NCBI GenBank assembly: GCA_002269645.1
Contig: NIVC01001832.1
Span: forward strand, 168,591 to 232,590
Length of the DNA: 64,000 bases
Source: Macrostomum lignano
Taxonomy: Eukaryota
Direction of reading: 5' to 3'
In this document: in pieces, positions 25,965-38,164 of the stretch
Layout: every line of letters begins with the position of its first letter
Position numbering within the stretch: the first letter of the stretch is position 1
The notes under the pieces: generated by a model
Databases searched by the model: none
Seen by the model: only the letters and a program-made list of their open reading frames with translations
Told to the model about the DNA's origin: nothing
Translations under genes and position numbers: made by a program

Positions 25965-27478
25965 ATGGCCTTCGAGCCGACTATGGATAAAAACCCTATT
26001 TCTAGGGACGGGGACCCTTCTAAACCCCAACCTCAGTCCGAAGGACCGGCCGGCCCTGCTGGCAGATCCCAACCGACTGATTCAACTGTGGCAAAGGAAG
26101 GACCGGCTGGCTCTGCTGGCAGATCCAACCAGAGCTGCCAAAACCAAAGCACCCAAAGACCTGCCAGCTCTGCTGGTGGATCTAAGGGAACCGCGAGCTC
26201 TGAGCCTAAAGGACCTGCCAAATCTGGCAGATCCGACGAAGCTCAGCGGGCTCGGCTTGAGCGCAAACGCGCTAAGCAACGCGTCAAAGGCAGGCCAAGA
26301 AGGGAGCTGCGGGGGCCAAAGCGGCCCCCGCAAAGCTTGCGACTGGCGTCCCAAGGCAACCAGACGGGCCGGCCAGTGGAAGCTCCAGTAGTTCAGCGGC
26401 GGCGCTCCCTGGAGATGCTGCTGTGGCTGCTGAGGCCGAAACCACGGCGCAACAAATGGCCACTGCCAACAAGGAGGTTCCTTTGGGAGCTACCTTTGCG
26501 GCGAAGGCCAAGGCCAAAATCTCGGGAGTGATCATTCAATGTCGCGACCAGGACTGGACCACTGATCAGCTTCAAAAAGTGTGGAGTGCTATTGACTCCT
26601 ATCTGATTGAGCTGACTGCGAGGGAATCTCCATCGGCATTGAGCAGATGGTGCTGCGAAGCACATTCGTTCTTATTGCTCCTAGCAGTGAGGAGGACGCT
26701 CAGCAGCTGCTCCAGCGGCTTCCGACGGTCTCCTTGGATGCTGACCTCGGCGGAGCCCTTTTTCTTCGCGAAGGCCAGCGTCCAAAGACAATACCCTACG
26801 TGGTTTTTGTCCCTGCAAAGAGCACCGCAGCTGGACCAGACGTTATTCGCCGGGTCCTACTGCGCTTGAATCCCGACCTCCCTGCTAGTGGACTGGTGTA
26901 TCACCGTAATGTCCGCAGGGGGGGGGGGAACGGGCAAATCAATCGTCCTCGGCCTTTCCAACGCTTGGGCGAGTCGGTACCCTAACGGATCCTCTTTCCA
27001 GCTGGGTGCCCTCAAGCTCAAGATGCGCTGAGGAAAGTCTGCCAAAGGGAAAGCTTCTGCTAACCCCGGCATCTCCGGCAAGAGCGGGGTGCAGTCTAAG
27101 GCCCAAGGAAAGGCGCAAGCCGATCCCAAAGCCGGAGCTGCGTCTCGCCCCTCTGCTAGCAGCAGTTCGGCCACCGCGGTAACGGCTCCGGCCAAGCCCC
27201 GAGAACCGAACCTGCCAGCCGGAGAAGGAGTTGAGGACGAGGCCGGGTCTTCGGAATCCGAGCACTCCTCGGCCACCCTGGTGGGGTCTGAAGGCAAAGA
27301 TGCAGATGAGGAAGCTTCCTCCATCCTGTCATCGGAGCCCGAGGACTCTGCTGGGGGGGGGATGGTGAGGGTGAGGAGGCCATGGACGTCGACCAACTCC
27401 CATCTCCCAGTCAAGCCCCAACGGCCTGGGACGAGGACGATTTGCTGTGCAAGTCTCCTTGATGGCCCGGGGCTCTAG
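25965..27478 (+). pseudogene. LINE ORF1 (gag-like), split by several frameshifts
   Basis: Overlapping ORF pieces 25965-26531, 26423-26869, 26647-26985, 27089-27478; one shift lies at a long G run near 26918-26928. Confidence 0.65.
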
Positions 27479-27501
27479 CCAGCTACTGCATTTAATACAG
27501 T

Positions 27502-30500
27502 ATGACTAAGCTCCACGCTGCCAAAGGAGCGACATTCTGTCTGCAAATAAACTTACAGCATTGCGTATCTGCGTCAGTAGATCTGATGAAGATTGCTCAG
27601 CTGTACAGGCCAGGCCTCATTCTGATCCAGGAACCCTGGATGCGCAACGGTAAGTTGCCCAACATTCCCTCTGGCTACTCTGATTTTTATGTGTGTGGCC
27701 CGTGGAACAGCCGCCCTAGAGCGGCTATCCTCGCTGCCAGCCATCTCCAGGCTTGGCTGAGGACTGATCTCTCAGATGGAGACCTCTGTGTCATCGAATC
27801 TAATCATCTCTCTCCGCGGACGTGTCTCGTTGCTTCGATTTATATTCCAGGCGACAGAGACCCTGCACCTGAGAGTCTGCTGCGCCTTGCGCAGTACTGC
27901 GAGTCCCAGAACGCTGAGCTGTGCTTAGGGGGCGACCTCAACGCGCACCACAAGCACTGGGGCAGCAAAGACACCAATACTAGAGGGGAGGAGCTTCTGG
28001 CCCTTATCTCTAACACAAACCTCATGCTCTGCAACCGCGGTAGCACTCCTACCTTCAACAATGGCAGATGGACTGAGGTCCTCGATGCCACACTCGTTAC
28101 CCCAAGACTCTTTGACAGAGTCTTGGGGAGTGGAGGAGTTGAGGAGTGGAGAGTTTGGTCTGAGGAGCCCTCCCTGTCTGACCACTGCTTTATCGCCTTT
28201 AACATCGCGGACACTAAACCCCAGTCCTCGATTACTTGGAGGCGTAACATCCGCAACACTGATTGGGCGGCCTATAAGGCTACCCTTGATCTGCACCTGC
28301 AGGAACTCACGGACTTACGTCCGATTGAGACCTGCGAGGATGTGGACCATGCGGCTGAGACGCTGACAGGTTGCATTATTGCAGCCTATGAGGCGGCCTG
28401 CCCTGTCCGTGCCTATAAAGGCAAGACCTCGGCGCCGTGGTGGAACCCGGAGCTGGGGAAACTCAGGCGGAAGGCCAAAAGCCTTCACCGCCGTGCCATG
28501 AAGACCGGAAACCCGGAGGACATGGAGCTTTTCCGACAAGCCTCCCGCAACTTCAAATCTGAAGTGCGCAAGGCCAAGGAATGTAAATGGCGCCAATTCT
28601 GCAATGAATTGGATCAAGACAGACCTACTTCTAGGCTTGTCAAGGCCCTTACAATGGACAAAATGTCCAAATTAGCCATGATCAGAAAATATGATGGCTC
28701 TCTGACTAAAGACCCTGAAGAAGTGCTTCAGCATATGCTCAGCACATTCTTCCCGAGGATACCTACTGCTAGATCGGAACCCAACCATTCAATGGATGGA
28801 GCCACCCTAGCGGCGGGCATTATCACTGAAGACTTAATCGCTCGTGCGGTCAGAACCTTCAAGCCCTTCAAATCTCCTGGACCTGATGTTATCTACCCTG
28901 TTCTTCTTCGTGAAGCAGCCAAGATACCCTCGTTCTTGAGACTTACCCGCAATCTCATGCGGGCCTCTATCCAGCTGGGATACGTTCCCAAGTGCTGGAC
29001 CGAAGCTCGGGTAGTCTTCATTCTCAACCCTGGGAAGGGTGACTACCAGAGCGTCAAGGCCTTTAGGCCAATTAGCTTAACGTCAGCAATGCTTAAGCTC
29101 ACTGAGAGGCCTATTCTCTGGCGGCTGCTGTCCTGCGAGCTGACAGCGATGCCCCTCAGCAATCATCAGCACGCCTTCCGTACCGGGAGGTCGACTGACA
29201 GCGCCCTGCATGCGATAGTTCTTGAGAAGATTGAACGGGCGGTACTGAGTGACGGTTACGCCCTGGCTCTTTTTCTCGACATTGTTGGCGCCTTTGACAA
29301 CGTTATCTTTGAAGCGTTTCAGAGGGCCCTTCAAAACCGCAAAGCTCACGCTACCCTGATACGATGGATCATGTACATGATCTCTAACCGTACGGTCACT
29401 GCCCGACTTCTTGGGCAAACTGCCTCCGTCAGAGTCTGTAAGGGTGGACCCCAAGGCGGAGTCCTTACCCCGACGCTCTGGAACCTGGTCATTCGCGCTC
29501 TCCTGGGCGACCCACGACCTGATCCCGTCTTCAAAGTCGGGTATGCTGACGACGTCACTGCCATTGTGGCTGGGCCGTCCCCCAACACGCTCAGGGATCT
29601 GATGCAGAGCTTCATCCGCAAAGCAGAATCCTGGGCTAATGACAACGGTCTGGAACTCTCTGAGCCCAAAACTGTTGCCATTATGTTCACCAGCAGAATA
29701 CGCTGGAACATACGACCTCTGCACTTATACGGCAGAGATATTGCCTTCCCGCACCAGACTTGACCACCGGCTCAACTGGTCCTTCCACGTGAAAGCAAAA
29801 GCCAAGCGTGCCTCAGCCATCTTGGCCCAGCTCCGACGAGCACTTGGCACTTCTTGGGGTCTATCCCCAAAGCAGCTTTGGTGGATCTACACTTCCGTAG
29901 TTAGACCTGCCATTACGTACGCCTCGGTTGTCTGGGTTAGCGCTACCTAGGTCAAAAGCCATGCAGATTTGCTCAACACGATCCAGATCCAGGGTAGAGC
30001 GTGTAGGCTTATCTGCAACGCCACCAGGTCCACGCTCTTTGCCGGCATGGGGGCCTTCCTTAATCTACCGCCTCTCGACCTCTTCGTCAGGGGTGAGGCG
30101 GCTAGAACGACGCGGCGTTTACTGGATGCCGGTGTCAAATTCCTTTACTTAAGGGCACCTGCTAAGCGGAACCTGCTACACCAACGGTTCTAAGCAGTCA
30201 GCCAACACCGGCTTTGGTGTTGGAATCTTCCTGAACGGGAGGGTCATAGCAACCCACGCTCAGTACACTGGGGTCAACTCCAGTGTCTTCCAAAATGAAG
30301 TTCTCGCCATCAGCTCCTGCATTGCAGAGCTTCTCGCCACTGGCGTATCCGGTAAGAACATCATTTTCCATTCGGACAGCCAAGCTGCCATGCACGCCAT
30401 CAGTGGCTGTAGTACCAATTCTGCTACAGTCCTCGACTGTATCAAACTCCTCAACATGTTGGGCTCCACCAACAAAATCACCTTTAAGTGGGTTCCGGGG

Positions 30501-30979
30501 CATGTGTGGATCCGAGGAAATGAGTTGGCTGACACCCTTGCAAAAGTTGGCGCCTCCGGCTCCTCTCTCGGTCCCGAACCCCTTGTCCCGATTCCTGGCT
30601 GTGTCATCGACTCGCGCATCAAAGCGTGGATCAGGACCCAGCACCGCTCTGTTTGGGCGAACTGCACTACCTGCAGGCAATCCAGAGGCGCTGTCCCTCA
30701 GCCCTCTCACCAGCTCCGGAATCTCCCTTGCGCCTCTCGCGCAGAGACATCTGGGCTGCCACCATGACCCTCTCAGGTCACGGCTGCTTCTATAGGCACC
30801 AGTACCTGCAGGGCAACGCCACCAACGCCATCTGCAGTTTCTGTAACTCAGGTGACGAAACCGCTGAGCATTTCGTCAGCATCTGTCCCGCCTTTACGCG
30901 AGCCAGACTCACTTACTTCGGGCCACACACATCTATTACTGAAGCGTGCAAACCCGAAAACTTTAATTTTAAACTTTAA
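27502..30979 (+). pseudogene. LINE ORF2: APE endonuclease, reverse transcriptase, RNase H, C-terminal CCHC; disrupted
   Basis: LIQEPW, GGDLNAHH, SDH; PISLTS, FLDIVGAFD, GGPQGGVLTP, GYADD; SDSQAA, WVPGH..GNELAD; CSFC..ETAEH...C; frameshift near 29755, in-frame TAG 29948-29950, RNase H YTNGS instead of YTDGS. Confidence 0.9.
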
Positions 30980-31304
30980 GCCACCCGCAGGGCTGAACTC
31001 TCCTTTCCAGAGAGCACTATAGCTGCTGGCGACACTGGGGGACCTCCCTGGGCGGCGCCAACCCTTCGTCCATAGCGACGCGTCGGCCGTTCAGGGATTT
31101 GCGGAATGGGCGTTCGCGCCTTCCCGCTGTGTCCGCCCGGGACAGCCCTGAAGCTAAGTCAAGTTAAGTCAATGGGGACAATATCCATAAGCGGGGGCAA
31201 CCATATATGGACAAAATCCATAGTGGGGGCAACCACATGGGGACGAAGGTTGTAAAGGTTTTGTAAAAAAATATAATTTTTGGCACAACACTGCCTGATC
31301 TTAT

Positions 31305-31690
31305 TTAGCCAGACATGACATGACCTGACCTGACCTGACAGACATGGCCCCGAGCTGACATGACCTGACCTGACCTGACAGACATGGCCCCGAGCTGACC
31401 TGACCTGACCTTACCTGACCTGAGAGACATAACCCGAGCTGACCTGACCTGATTGACCTGAAAGACATGAACCGAGCTAACCTGACATGACCTTACCTGA
31501 CCTGAAAGACATAACCCGAGCTGACCTGACCTGATTGACCTGAAAGACATGACCCGAGCTAACCTGACATGACCGTACCTGACCTGAAAGACATAATGAC
31601 CTTACCTGACCTGACTTGACCTTACCTGACCTGAAAGACATGACCCTGACATGACTGACACAACTAACCTGACTGACCTGAACTGATCTA
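31305..31690. repeat. 5-bp-based GACCT/GACAT repeat
   Basis: Direct inspection. Confidence 0.85.
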
Positions 31691-32709
31691 AATTGAATGC
31701 CCTGAAACCAAATGACCCAAGCCTAATAAACTGATTAAGATTAGTCAGTTTATTAAAATTAACCATTCAAAGCCCTCATTAGCTCATGCAATATCAGCCC
31801 CTACGCAAATTGTCATAAAAATAGAATATCTTCTATTAAATTGCTGATTTGGTGGCACAACAGGCTTACGACATAGAGAAATATTAAAGCAAGACAATCA
31901 GGGGTCATAGATAAACTAAACACACTACTCAAGATTAGGATCAAAGTACAAGCATAAAAGTAGTTAAAGTTATTATAGTAATTTACATAACCAGTGCTAA
32001 TTATAAGTTTTTAAGAAATGAATAATGAAAACTCGCACACCGAGCACCTAAAGGATACTAAATAAGAATGGTTAAAAATCTACAGGATCACGGCAAGCGC
32101 GCGGCTAAAAACAAATAATAATTAATAAATAAATTTGTTATCGTTGGCACCTCTGGGTCAGACGAGACACTGCCCGATGCTCCGTCCTCCTGTGTGGAGA
32201 CAAATTCACTTTGTTTGGTCATTGTTGGGCGTCAAGTTATAAACATATTAAATCGCGATTAACTTCTATAAACTCTTGCAACTGCGAGCTAATTATAAAT
32301 GCGCTGACGCGTGTACTTTTAATAAGCAAAGCTGTTTTTTTCTCATTGGCGACAATTTCCACAGCCAAACATATGCGCACAATAAAGGAACAGAAACGAT
32401 TTGTTACTTCACTGAAAGCGAAAAACTGAAAACAAAATTCAACAATTATTTTATTGATTATTGAGATAGCATAGCTCGGAGACAGGCAACTGTTATAATA
32501 TTTAATCTTCAAGTTCTAATAATAGGCAGTATTGAGGTCCCATGCATGAATTAACTTATACTAGCAAAATACTGCTGGAAGAAATTCACCTAAGGCAATG
32601 CTTACCTTCGTTGTCGAAACAAAGAACTTAAAATGTGATGACACACAAATTTAAATTAGTTCTGAAACCTTTCCGACTAAACAAAAGTTTCAATCTTGAG
32701 AAGGCAGAG

Positions 32710-33215
32710 GACAGGAGTGAGGTGGCTGTCGGATGGGGGGTAGAAAAGGACAGGGAGTGAGGTGGCTGTCGGATTGGGGGTAGAAAAGGACAGGGAGTGA
32801 GGTAGCTGTCGGATTGGGGGGTAGACAAGAACAGGGAGTGAGGTGGCTGTCGGATTGGGGGTAGAAAAGGACAGGGAGTGAGGTGGCTGTTGGATTAGGG
32901 GGGTAGAAAAGAACAGGGAGTGAGGTGGCTGTCGGATTAGGGGGGTAGAAAAGGACAGGGAGTGAGGTGGCTGTCGGATTGGGGGTAGAAAAGGACAGGG
33001 AGTGAGGTGGCTGTCGGATTAGGGGGTAGAAAAGGACAGGGAGTGAGGTGGCTGTCGGATTGGGGGGTAGACAAGAACAGGGAGTGAGGTGGCTGTCGGA
33101 TTGGGGGTAGAAAAGGACAGGGAGTGAGGTGGCTGTCGGATTGGGGGTAGACAAGAACAGGGAGTGAGGTGGCTGTCGGATTGGGGGTAGAAAAGGACAG
33201 GGAGTGAGGTGGATG
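32710..33215. repeat. About 42-bp G-rich minisatellite
   Basis: GGGAGTGAGGTGGCTGTCGGATTGGGGGTAG units. Confidence 0.9.
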
Positions 33216-33661
33216 TCAGGAGGGACAGGAGGCTAATGCTGTTTAATTTTTTATACAAAAAGCATGAAAGATAAATAGATTAGTAGCAATATAGCCACAT
33301 AAAAGTTAATCTAAAAACAGCACATGCAGCACCAAAAACATAAGTAAAAGCTGTCTAACCACTGAAGAACTGCGGAGAGCAGCTTGCTCGACGAACTCAC
33401 CCCGGTAGACGATCGGCTTCGCGAATCGTTCGCCTCTCTGGAGTCCTCTGAGGGCATTGATTTACATTATGTCGATTAGTGATTAACTCGAATATTGCTG
33501 AATAGGTGAGGTAAGCTAGCGGATAAGGCATTTGGCGATTTAAAAATCTAGACACCCATCACAAGTCTAGATACCCAATAATTAGAAGCACAGACACCCT
33601 ACACAGGAAGTACAGACACCTACACCAGAAGCACAGACACCCTACAAGGCCCCAAACTCAC

Positions 33662-33950
33662 CTGAGTTGAAGGTTGAAAAGCTGGTCCCCGAGCCTGGCC
33701 ACTGCCAGACCGATTGTAGTCCACAGCGGACAGCTCCAGCAGTTGCAGCCGGCCGTCCACTCCGCTGCTGCTCAGCGTGACGCTGACCCCCCGGATTTTC
33801 ACAGTCAAGCTGCTGGCGGTCCACTGGGCCCTCGGCCGGCGCTTCAGGCCGTCTTTATAGCCGGCCAGCTCCATGGTGAAGCAGGCGCGCAACTGTAGCT
33901 CCCCGGTGGACATTTGAATGCCGTGACGGCGAGAGAAGGATACCCAGTAC
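33662..33950 (-). CDS. BLTP2: BLTP2 exon 16
   Basis: actag|G TAC TGG; YWVSFSRRHGIQM...LLELSAVDYNR; donor gtgagt. Confidence 0.82.
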
Positions 33951-34039
33951 CTAGTGATGGGATGTATGTAATATGCCGATGATTGATTGTTCATTTGTTA
34001 GCGCACCTGAAGCATCAAGACCGACTTTACGACACCATC

Positions 34040-34700
34040 TTGACCATCAATCTTGGCACCAGCCTGACCATCATCACTCTTGGCGCCATCTTAACCATCA
34101 TCAATCTTGGCGCCAGTCTGACCAATCTTGGCGCCAGCCTGACCAATCTTGGCGCCAGCTTGACCATCAATCTTGGCGCCAGCTTGACCATCAATCTTGG
34201 CGCCAGCTTGACCATCAATCTTGGCGCCAGCTTGACCATCAATCTTGGCGCCAGCTTGACCATCAATCTTGGAGCTTATCTTGACTTATCAATCTTGGCG
34301 CCATCTTCACTATCTATCTTGGCGCCATCTTGACTTATCAATCTTGGCGCCATCTTGACTATCTATCTTGGCGCCATCTTGACTTATCAATCTTGGCGCC
34401 ATCTTGACTATCTATCTTGGCGCCATCTTGACTTATCAATCTTGGCGGCATCTTGACTTATCAATCTTGGCGCCATCTTGACTTATCAATCTTGGCGCCA
34501 TCTTGACTTATCAATCTTGGCGGCATCTTGACTTATCAATCTTGGCGCCATCTTGACTCATCAATCTTGGCGCCATCTTGACTATCTATCTTGGCGCCAT
34601 CTTGACTTATCAATCTTGGAGACAGCTAAAGCATCAATTTTGGCGCCATCTTGACTTATCAATCTTGGAGACAGCTAAAGCATCAATTTTGGCGCTTATC
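34040..34700. repeat. 24-25-bp minisatellite (TCAATCTTGGCGCCATCTTGACTTA)
   Basis: Direct tandem copies. Confidence 0.9.
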
Positions 34701-34785
34701 TTGACCATTTCAAACTCCGTCACGCAGATTCTGTCACTCTGAAGAATCGATAACAAAAGGATAAACTAAACCCTAAAAAACTTAC

Positions 34786-35111
34786 TCAGACAGGGTGCGC
34801 GGACAGGCGAGATTCAAGCGGAAGCTGCGCAAACTGCGGCCAAATAGCGGCTTCCGGCCACCGACGCCGGCAGCGCCGCGACCTCCGACGTTCTGACGAA
34901 AGATCTGGCCGCGTCGTATCGGCCGGGACACCTTGGTGAGGCAGGTGGCCAGCTTGTCGAAGAATTTCAACGCGTTTGTGTAGCAGTTGGACTCGGCCAC
35001 TGGGTCGGGGCTGCCGGCGGACGCTTCGCGTGGAAGGCCTACGCCAACTCGCAGGTCGAATGTGAGGTTGATGCCGCGAGTGCGGAACTGGGCGAACGAG
35101 TCCAGGCTCGA
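34786..35111 (-). CDS. BLTP2: BLTP2 exon 15
   Basis: SSLDSFAQFRTRGINLTFDL...NCYTNALKFF...KPLFGRSLRSFRL; donor gtaag. Confidence 0.82.
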
Positions 35112-35159
35112 CTAGCGGTTGACGGATTGAACGGCGGGTGATATAGAACTGCTTTTTGG

Positions 35160-35520
35160 CTGCGTGAACTGCCAGTCATTGATTGTGTGAACTGCCAGTC
35201 ATTGATTGTGTGAACTACCAGTGATTGATTGTGTGAACTGCCAGTCATTGATTGTGTGAACTACCAGTGATTGATTGTGTGAACTGCCAGTGATTGATTG
35301 TGTGAACTGCCAGTGATTGATTGTGTGAACTACCAGTGATTGATTGTGTGAACTGCCAGTCATTGATTGTGTGAACTACCAGTGATTGATTGTGTGAACT
35401 GCCAGTGATTGATTGTGTGAGCTACCAATGATAGATTGTGTGAACTGCCAGTGATTGATTGTGTGAACTGCTTTTGGTAGGCTTAACTACGAGTGATTGT
35501 GTGAGCTGCCAGTAATTATG
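35160..35520. repeat. 23-bp minisatellite (GATTGTGTGAACTRCCAGTSATT)
   Basis: Direct tandem copies. Confidence 0.88.
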
Positions 35521-35572
35521 TGAACTACGAGTGATATTGCAAACTACGAGTGATCAATGAAATTAAACTAAC

Positions 35573-35763
35573 AAGATCAGTGCCTTTTGGCAGCCTGTCA
35601 GGATTGACCGGCATCACGGAGTGGTGATCATTGGGATTGCCGTCCGTGATCCATTCAATCAGTATGTTGTACCGAGTGGCAGGAAAGTGGAACAAGCGGC
35701 AATCGTCGTATTTCGAAGCGGTACGGCAGTGCACGTCCAGATCGCCTTGGAAACTCCAGAGCA
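35573..35763 (-). CDS. BLTP2: BLTP2 exon 14
   Basis: LWSFQGDLDVHCRTASKYDDCRLFHFP...NPNDHHSVMPVNPDRLP. Confidence 0.85.
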
Positions 35764-35824
35764 CTGCAGCGTGGAGGGGTGAAGGTGCGGTGGAGTGAGT
35801 AGAGACGGGTGGGCGATGAGCGGA

Positions 35825-36570
35825 TTCAGATGAGGGGCGGATACACATAAAGGGTGGATACAGATGAAGAGGTGGATACAGATGAGGGGCGGATACAGAT
35901 GAGGGAGCGGATACAGGTGAGGGGGCGGAAACAGGTGAGGGAGGATACAGATGAGGGGCGGATACAGGTGAGGGGCGGATACAGGAGAGGGGCGGATACG
36001 GGTGAGGGGCGGATAAAGGTGAGGGGCGGATACAGGTGAGGGGCGGATACAGGTGAGGGGCGGATACAGGAGAGGGGCGGATACAGATGAGGGGCGGATA
36101 CAGGTGAGGGGGCGGATATAGGAGAGGGGCGGATACAGTAGAGGGGCGGATACAGATGAGGGGGCGGATACAGGTGAGGGGGCGGATATAGGAGAGGGGC
36201 GGATACAGTAGAGGGGCGGATACAGATGAGGGGGCGGATACAGGTGAGGGGGCGGATACAGATGAGGGGCGGATACAGATTAGGGGCGGATACAGATGAG
36301 GGGCGGATACAGATGAGGGGCGGATACAGATGAGGGGCGGATACAGGTGAGGGGCGGATACAGATGAGGGGCGGATACAGATGAGGGGCGGATACAGGTG
36401 AGGGAGGATACAGGTGAGGGGCGGATACAGGTGAGGGGCGGATACAGATGAGGGGCGGATACAGGTGAGGGGCGGATACAGATGAGGGGCGGATACAGGT
36501 GAGGGGCGGATACAGATGAGGGGCGGATACAGATGAGGGGCGGATACAGGTGAGGGCGGATACAGGAGAG
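35825..36570. repeat. 17-18-bp minisatellite (GAGGGGCGGATACAGAT)
   Basis: Direct tandem copies. Confidence 0.9.
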
Positions 36571-36623
36571 GTGATAATACCGATGAGGATTTGACTTCCT
36601 CAATCAATTCCAGCCCAACTCAC

Positions 36624-37512
36624 TATTAGTCCACTCGAAGTCCACCCCGTTAGACCATCGCAGTTCGAGAAACTCCGTAGAGTTACAGGGATCTCCGCTG
36701 GTGTGATAGCGCCAAACCATTTCCTTAGCCTCGGCCACCAGAGTGCCGTGGTACTTGAGCCGGCATTTATCCCACCAGGGCATGGGCGGACTGGGGTCCC
36801 TAGTCGGCCTGAGGATGTTATTAAAGCACTGGTTGAACCAATCGAAAGCCGGCTGCCAGTTGGATCCGTAGCACAGCTCGGCCAGCTGCAGTCGCATCCG
36901 GGCGTCGTGGAAGAATTTCAACGGCGGCATGCAACGAATGACGGTGGCATTTGGCCAGGGACTGCCAGGCTCCACGGTGACGAATCGGATGGAGCTGGGG
37001 CTGGGCGCGCTCTCGGCCACCACTAGGCGAGTCTGCAGGCTGAGCTCCTTAGTGCGCAGCAGGCACTCCGGATAGTCGCGCAGCTGGCAAGTCCAAGCGG
37101 CCGCGTCAACAAGCAGCCGCCGGCCGTAGAGGGTGCCGAACTCGTGGCCGGGCGGCAGCGGCGACCACGGATCGATGCTCGACATCGCTTGCAGGAGCCG
37201 GCCGCGGCCTCTGAGCGAAGTGTCCAGCAGCCAGGCTACGGACAGGCGGCTGACGGACCAGGTCATCAGAGTCTGGCTAGCCGGGCACTCGCGCAGCTTC
37301 ATCTTACGCTTAATAAATGTGTCGGCTTTGCGGGCGTGCAGCTGCTCGCTAATCTGGGCCAGTTTGTCCCTATCGAGGTGGCCGGCCCGTCTAGCCATGG
37401 CCTGGGCGATGAGGATTCGCTCCTCAGTCTCCAGGCATTCGTCCAGCATTAGCAGGTAGTTTTCGCTCAGGTTAAGCTCGAATGGATCGTCGTGCAGCTC
37501 GATGGTTAGAGA
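36624..37512 (-). CDS. BLTP2: BLTP2 exon 13
   Basis: LHDDPFELNLSENYLLMLDE...QLRDYPECLL...PPLKFFHD...PPMPWWDKCRLKYHG. Confidence 0.9.
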
Positions 37513-37539
37513 CTGAAATTACATGGGATTATTAATGAT

Positions 37540-37780
37540 AAAAATAGCCTTCCTATCCCTACATGTAGCCTTCCTATCCCTCCATGTAGCCTTCCTATCC
37601 CTCCATGTAGCCTTCCTATCCCTACATGTAGCCTTCCTATCCCTCCATGTAGCCTTCCTATTCCTACATGTAGCCTTCCTATCCCTACATGTAGCCTTCC
37701 TATCCCTCCATATAGCCTTCATATCCCTCCATATAGCCTTCCTATCCTTACATGTAGCCTTCCTGTCCCTCCATGTAGTC
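37540..37780. repeat. 21-bp minisatellite (CATGTAGCCTTCCTATCCCTA)
   Basis: Direct tandem copies. Confidence 0.88.
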
Positions 37781-37983
37781 TTCCGGTCCTTCATTGTAGC
37801 GCCGCTACCTACTTCTGGTTTTTCTATGTTTTTGTTTTTACACTCCCTTGATCTGCTTGTCCTTCAATTGTATATATTTCAGCAAAAATTCGGAACATTC
37901 ACCCTATTTTTAGCTGCACCCGAATGAAAAACAAAGGCACACACGAATTCTACAGTTTTTTTCAGAAGCAATACACAACTCAC

Positions 37984-38091
37984 GCCAATCTTGACGCAGA
38001 TGTCCGGGCCCAGCGGCACACTATCATCTTCGATGAGGTCTTTGTCCGTGTGATTGTGAACGCTTCTTAGCCACTTTCGGGTGCTCAAAAC
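37984..38091 (-). CDS. BLTP2: BLTP2 exon 12
   Basis: tatcag|VLSTRKWLRSVH...LGPDICVKIG|gtgagt. Confidence 0.8.
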
Positions 38092-38164
38092 CTGATAAGT
38101 AAGATACAAAAATTTTTGCTTAAATCAGTGATTAGCTATATTGAAAACACATTCTAGCAGCCTC

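Larger units (their letters stand above)
25448..31171 (+). mobile_element. Full-length, decayed non-LTR retrotransposon (R1/LOA-like: ORF1 + APE-RT-RNase H-CCHC), antisense in a BLTP2 intron
   Basis: 14-bp TSD ATGGGGACAATATC at 25434-25447 and 31172-31185; 3' tail AAGCTAAGTCAAGTTAAGTCA; clade inferred from domain order. Confidence 0.88.
25070..31225. repeat. About 32-bp minisatellite (GGGGGCAACCACATGGGGACAATATCCATA..) interrupted by the LINE; blocks 25070-25447 and 31172-31225
   Basis: The same unit occurs on both sides of the LINE. Confidence 0.88.
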
